27,482 nucleotides of DNA from a virus (lineage: Duplodnaviria; Caudoviricetes): positions 1 through 27,482 of IMG/VR virus record IMGVR_UViG_3300027808_000130. The stretch is one strand, 5' to 3'. The translations under genes and the position numbers were made by a program. Shown one piece after another: positions 24,980 to 27,482 of the stretch (within the stretch, counting starts at the first letter, position 1; the number at the start of each line of letters is the position of its first letter). A model generated the notes under the pieces. That model made no database searches. It had not been told where the DNA came from and saw only the letters and a list, made by a program, of their open reading frames with translations.

Positions 24980-26989
24980 TTAGCAGAAAAATCCAGTTCC
25001 GTATCCTATTACTCCGGTTGTAAAGTTTATTTCATACACCTCATTACCACCACCATATGTAAAGTATCTATATCCAGTAATTGGTGTAATACCATATTGG
25101 TCATAATATGCAATTTGTCCCGGTGATATCATACCATCTGCAGTGTACATATCAATTTCAAATGGTGAACCACAAGCTGCACCTTGATAAGTTTCACTTG
25201 TGAAGTGTTGGGAATTTACAAAGTATTGTGTAACAGTTGGATTTAATCCACTAACACTACCACTCAATCCCGTTCCTGCAATTTTTAATAAAGGTGAACT
25301 TGCTAATGTTGTTTTAACTTCAAACTTACCTTGCGAAAAGAAGTTATTAGTATCTACATAATATTGTTTTGAGTATTCTCTATTTGCAGCTTTACTAAAT
25401 TGCTGTGATACATAATCAGTATCTAATGTATCTCCAAAGTTTAATTCGTTTACTGCTAAGTTGTTAGCTGGAATTACTTCTATCTTATCATTAAGGTTTA
25501 CATATTTGTTAAAATCCCATCTTCTGCCTGTGTTATACCAATTGTTAAATGATTCAACAATAAATTGATTTATTACGGTTTTAGATGGATATATTACAAG
25601 ATTATATTTCTTTTGTACTCCAATTAAAAAATCAATTAATTTAATACCTTGTGTACCAAATGGCATATTGGATGGAATATCAAGCACCCTACCATCAGCT
25701 GCTTGACTTACTTCTGTTATTTGTAAAAATGATTTAGTTGTTCCTTGCGGGTCCATTGTTACAATTGGTGCAGCTGCTACTGCTGAATCAGGACTTTGTT
25801 TTATTTGAAAATAATAATTACCTACCGGTATTGAACTAAGTTTAAATTCAGTTGCTAATTGATATGTTGTATCAATAGCACCACTTCTACTTTTTTGCAA
25901 CTGGTCAAAGAAAAATATATAAGATTGTATTGCTTGTGTTGAATATGGTGTAGAGCTACCTGTTTCTATCATTCGTATTTGCCATGTCCCATTTGCTGAT
26001 AAAGTACCAGGCATATTATTTACTGAACAACTTACATTTATGTTTAGGTTTAATACTCCTTTTAAATTAGTCATTTCTTTAACTTCGTATGCTCCATTAT
26101 TGTAAAACCCTTGTTGGTCTGATAATACGTTATACCAAGGTAATGTAGTAAATGAACCAGCAGTTAAGACCTTATCAGTCATACCACTACCGGATATTGC
26201 ACCTATTTTTATTTTACCATATGTTTCTAAATCAACACCTGCGTATTTAGGATACTTTAATGCATTATCACAAAGTAAATAAACATCATCTAAAAATGGT
26301 TCATTAAAAAAAGAACTTGAATATGTGTATCCTGCGTAATCAAATATAGCATCCCATACTTTCTTTAATCTAATAGCTGGTTTAAAGTTTTGTACTCCTA
26401 ATGCACCATTCTGGTCATCCATACCAAATAATTCGTATTGACCTGATGTAAATTGATAACCACTACCATAATCAGCTAATGGATAAACAATACTACCACT
26501 AAATAAACTACCACTCCAAGATGATGTGACATTATTATAAGAAGATGTGTGATTATATACTGATAGATTAGTTAAATCAGTTAGATAAGACCTATTAATA
26601 GTTCTAGCAAAAGAAGATACTGCTCCAAAGATTGTTACCTCATATGAATCAATAAATTTATTTTGATATAAACTTACTTTATTTAATTGTAAATAACCTT
26701 GCGATAAATACAATCCACCAAAATCTAAATAGGCTGGTACTTTTATATTAGTTGCAAAGGTATCAGGAGATTGAACACTAATATCATACACATGTTCAAA
26801 AAACGCATTGTTTTTCTTTGTACCTGGTAATGTAATCTGTCTTGTAAAATCAGCAGGTATAATCCCAAGATCAAAAAGACCCGTAACATTATCAGAAAGC
26901 TTAATTTCCTCATCGGCAAATAAGTCTAATATTTCTCCATTTGCAACCAGTTGAAATTCTATTCCCTGTTGTGATATAACTCCTCCCAT
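24980..26989 (-). CDS. Tail/baseplate hub-like structural protein
   Basis: 669 aa; LDLFADEEI...FTRQITLPGTKKNN...YPLADYG...FKPAI. Confidence 0.65.
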   Translation of the reverse strand: MGGVISQQGIEFQLVANGEILDLFADEEIKLSDNVTGLFDLGIIPADFTRQITLPGTKKNNAFFEHVYDISVQSPDTFATNIKVPAYLDFGGLYLSQGYLQLNKVSLYQNKFIDSYEVTIFGAVSSFARTINRSYLTDLTNLSVYNHTSSYNNVTSSWSGSLFSGSIVYPLADYGSGYQFTSGQYELFGMDDQNGALGVQNFKPAIRLKKVWDAIFDYAGYTYSSSFFNEPFLDDVYLLCDNALKYPKYAGVDLETYGKIKIGAISGSGMTDKVLTAGSFTTLPWYNVLSDQQGFYNNGAYEVKEMTNLKGVLNLNINVSCSVNNMPGTLSANGTWQIRMIETGSSTPYSTQAIQSYIFFFDQLQKSRSGAIDTTYQLATEFKLSSIPVGNYYFQIKQSPDSAVAAAPIVTMDPQGTTKSFLQITEVSQAADGRVLDIPSNMPFGTQGIKLIDFLIGVQKKYNLVIYPSKTVINQFIVESFNNWYNTGRRWDFNKYVNLNDKIEVIPANNLAVNELNFGDTLDTDYVSQQFSKAANREYSKQYYVDTNNFFSQGKFEVKTTLASSPLLKIAGTGLSGSVSGLNPTVTQYFVNSQHFTSETYQGAACGSPFEIDMYTADGMISPGQIAYYDQYGITPITGYRYFTYGGGNEVYEINFTTGVIGYGTGFFC

Positions 26990-26992
26990 ATA

Positions 26993-27481
26993 TTATAAAA
27001 TTAGTTTGTATCCTTGTCCTAAATTGAAATTAAATCCATATTGTATTACTTTATCATTAACTCCTGTCTTAAATACAATAGAATCAGTTGCTATGGTAAT
27101 AGGCGTCAGTGTGGTTGAGCTTTCATCCTTAATCCAATATACCTCCTCACTTACTAATAACTGCTTCAGGATATCGTTATAAGCTTCAGGAATCCAATCC
27201 GTATTAACTGCGATAGATTGTTTACTATCTACAATATAATTCAAATTTGCACTATCTCCGCTATTATATGATAGAGATGTACCTGTCCACGTTCCTAATT
27301 GTGGTTGATATCCTCTTGCTGTTGTGTTAAATGATTGTTTATTAACCATATCAAAATTGAAATAATCAAATTGTCCAAATCTATTTTTCCATTTAATTCT
27401 TACGTTAGGATATTTCTGCTCACACTTACTACCAAAATAAATTGGTGTACCTAATGAAGTACTACCACTAAAAGCTTGTAT
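26993..27481 (-). CDS. C-terminal part of a tail structural protein (5' truncated)
   Basis: Frame stays open past 27349 to the window edge: ...CEQKYPNVRIKWKNRFGQFDYFNFDMVNK... Confidence 0.65.
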   Translation of the reverse strand: MQAFSGSTSLGTPIYFGSKCEQKYPNVRIKWKNRFGQFDYFNFDMVNKQSFNTTARGYQPQLGTWTGTSLSYNSGDSANLNYIVDSKQSIAVNTDWIPEAYNDILKQLLVSEEVYWIKDESSTTLTPITIATDSIVFKTGVNDKVIQYGFNFNLGQGYKLIL

Positions 27482-27482
27482 A

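Noticed and set aside
1-27482. DGR, integrase/att site, tRNA, intron or stop-codon reassignment
   Set aside because: No reverse transcriptase, TR/VR pair, recombinase or cloverleaf was seen; genes are intact and tightly packed under the standard code; the HNH gene is free-standing.

Overview
This window is an AT-rich fragment of a tailed dsDNA phage genome (siphovirus-like), with almost all genes on the minus strand. The host is most likely a Bacteroidota/Flavobacteriia bacterium: promoters fit TTTG-N20-TAnnTTTG and leaders are A-rich with no Shine-Dalgarno. In transcription order (right to left) it holds tail proteins, a tape-measure-like protein, an XkdF-like prohead protease fusion, a plus-strand sigma-like gene and an early accessory region built from repeated promoter/operator/stem-loop cassettes. 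Next come a replication-initiator-like gene with internal 15-bp repeats, an HNH endonuclease, a SAM methyltransferase, a second sigma-like gene and the small and large terminase. These are followed by a chaperone-like gene with a T10 -1 frameshift site, two Cys-rich paralogues, collagen-like and Gly-rich fibre proteins, and the truncated start of a probable scaffold gene. Best candidates for new biology: (1) a three-tier promoter cascade with two phage sigma-like proteins; (2) two terminator-linked hairpins whose loops are antisense to the phage's own AUGGCAA start regions; (3) repeated early cassettes with paired TTGATWATCAA operators. All product calls come from motif recognition by eye; no database search was run.
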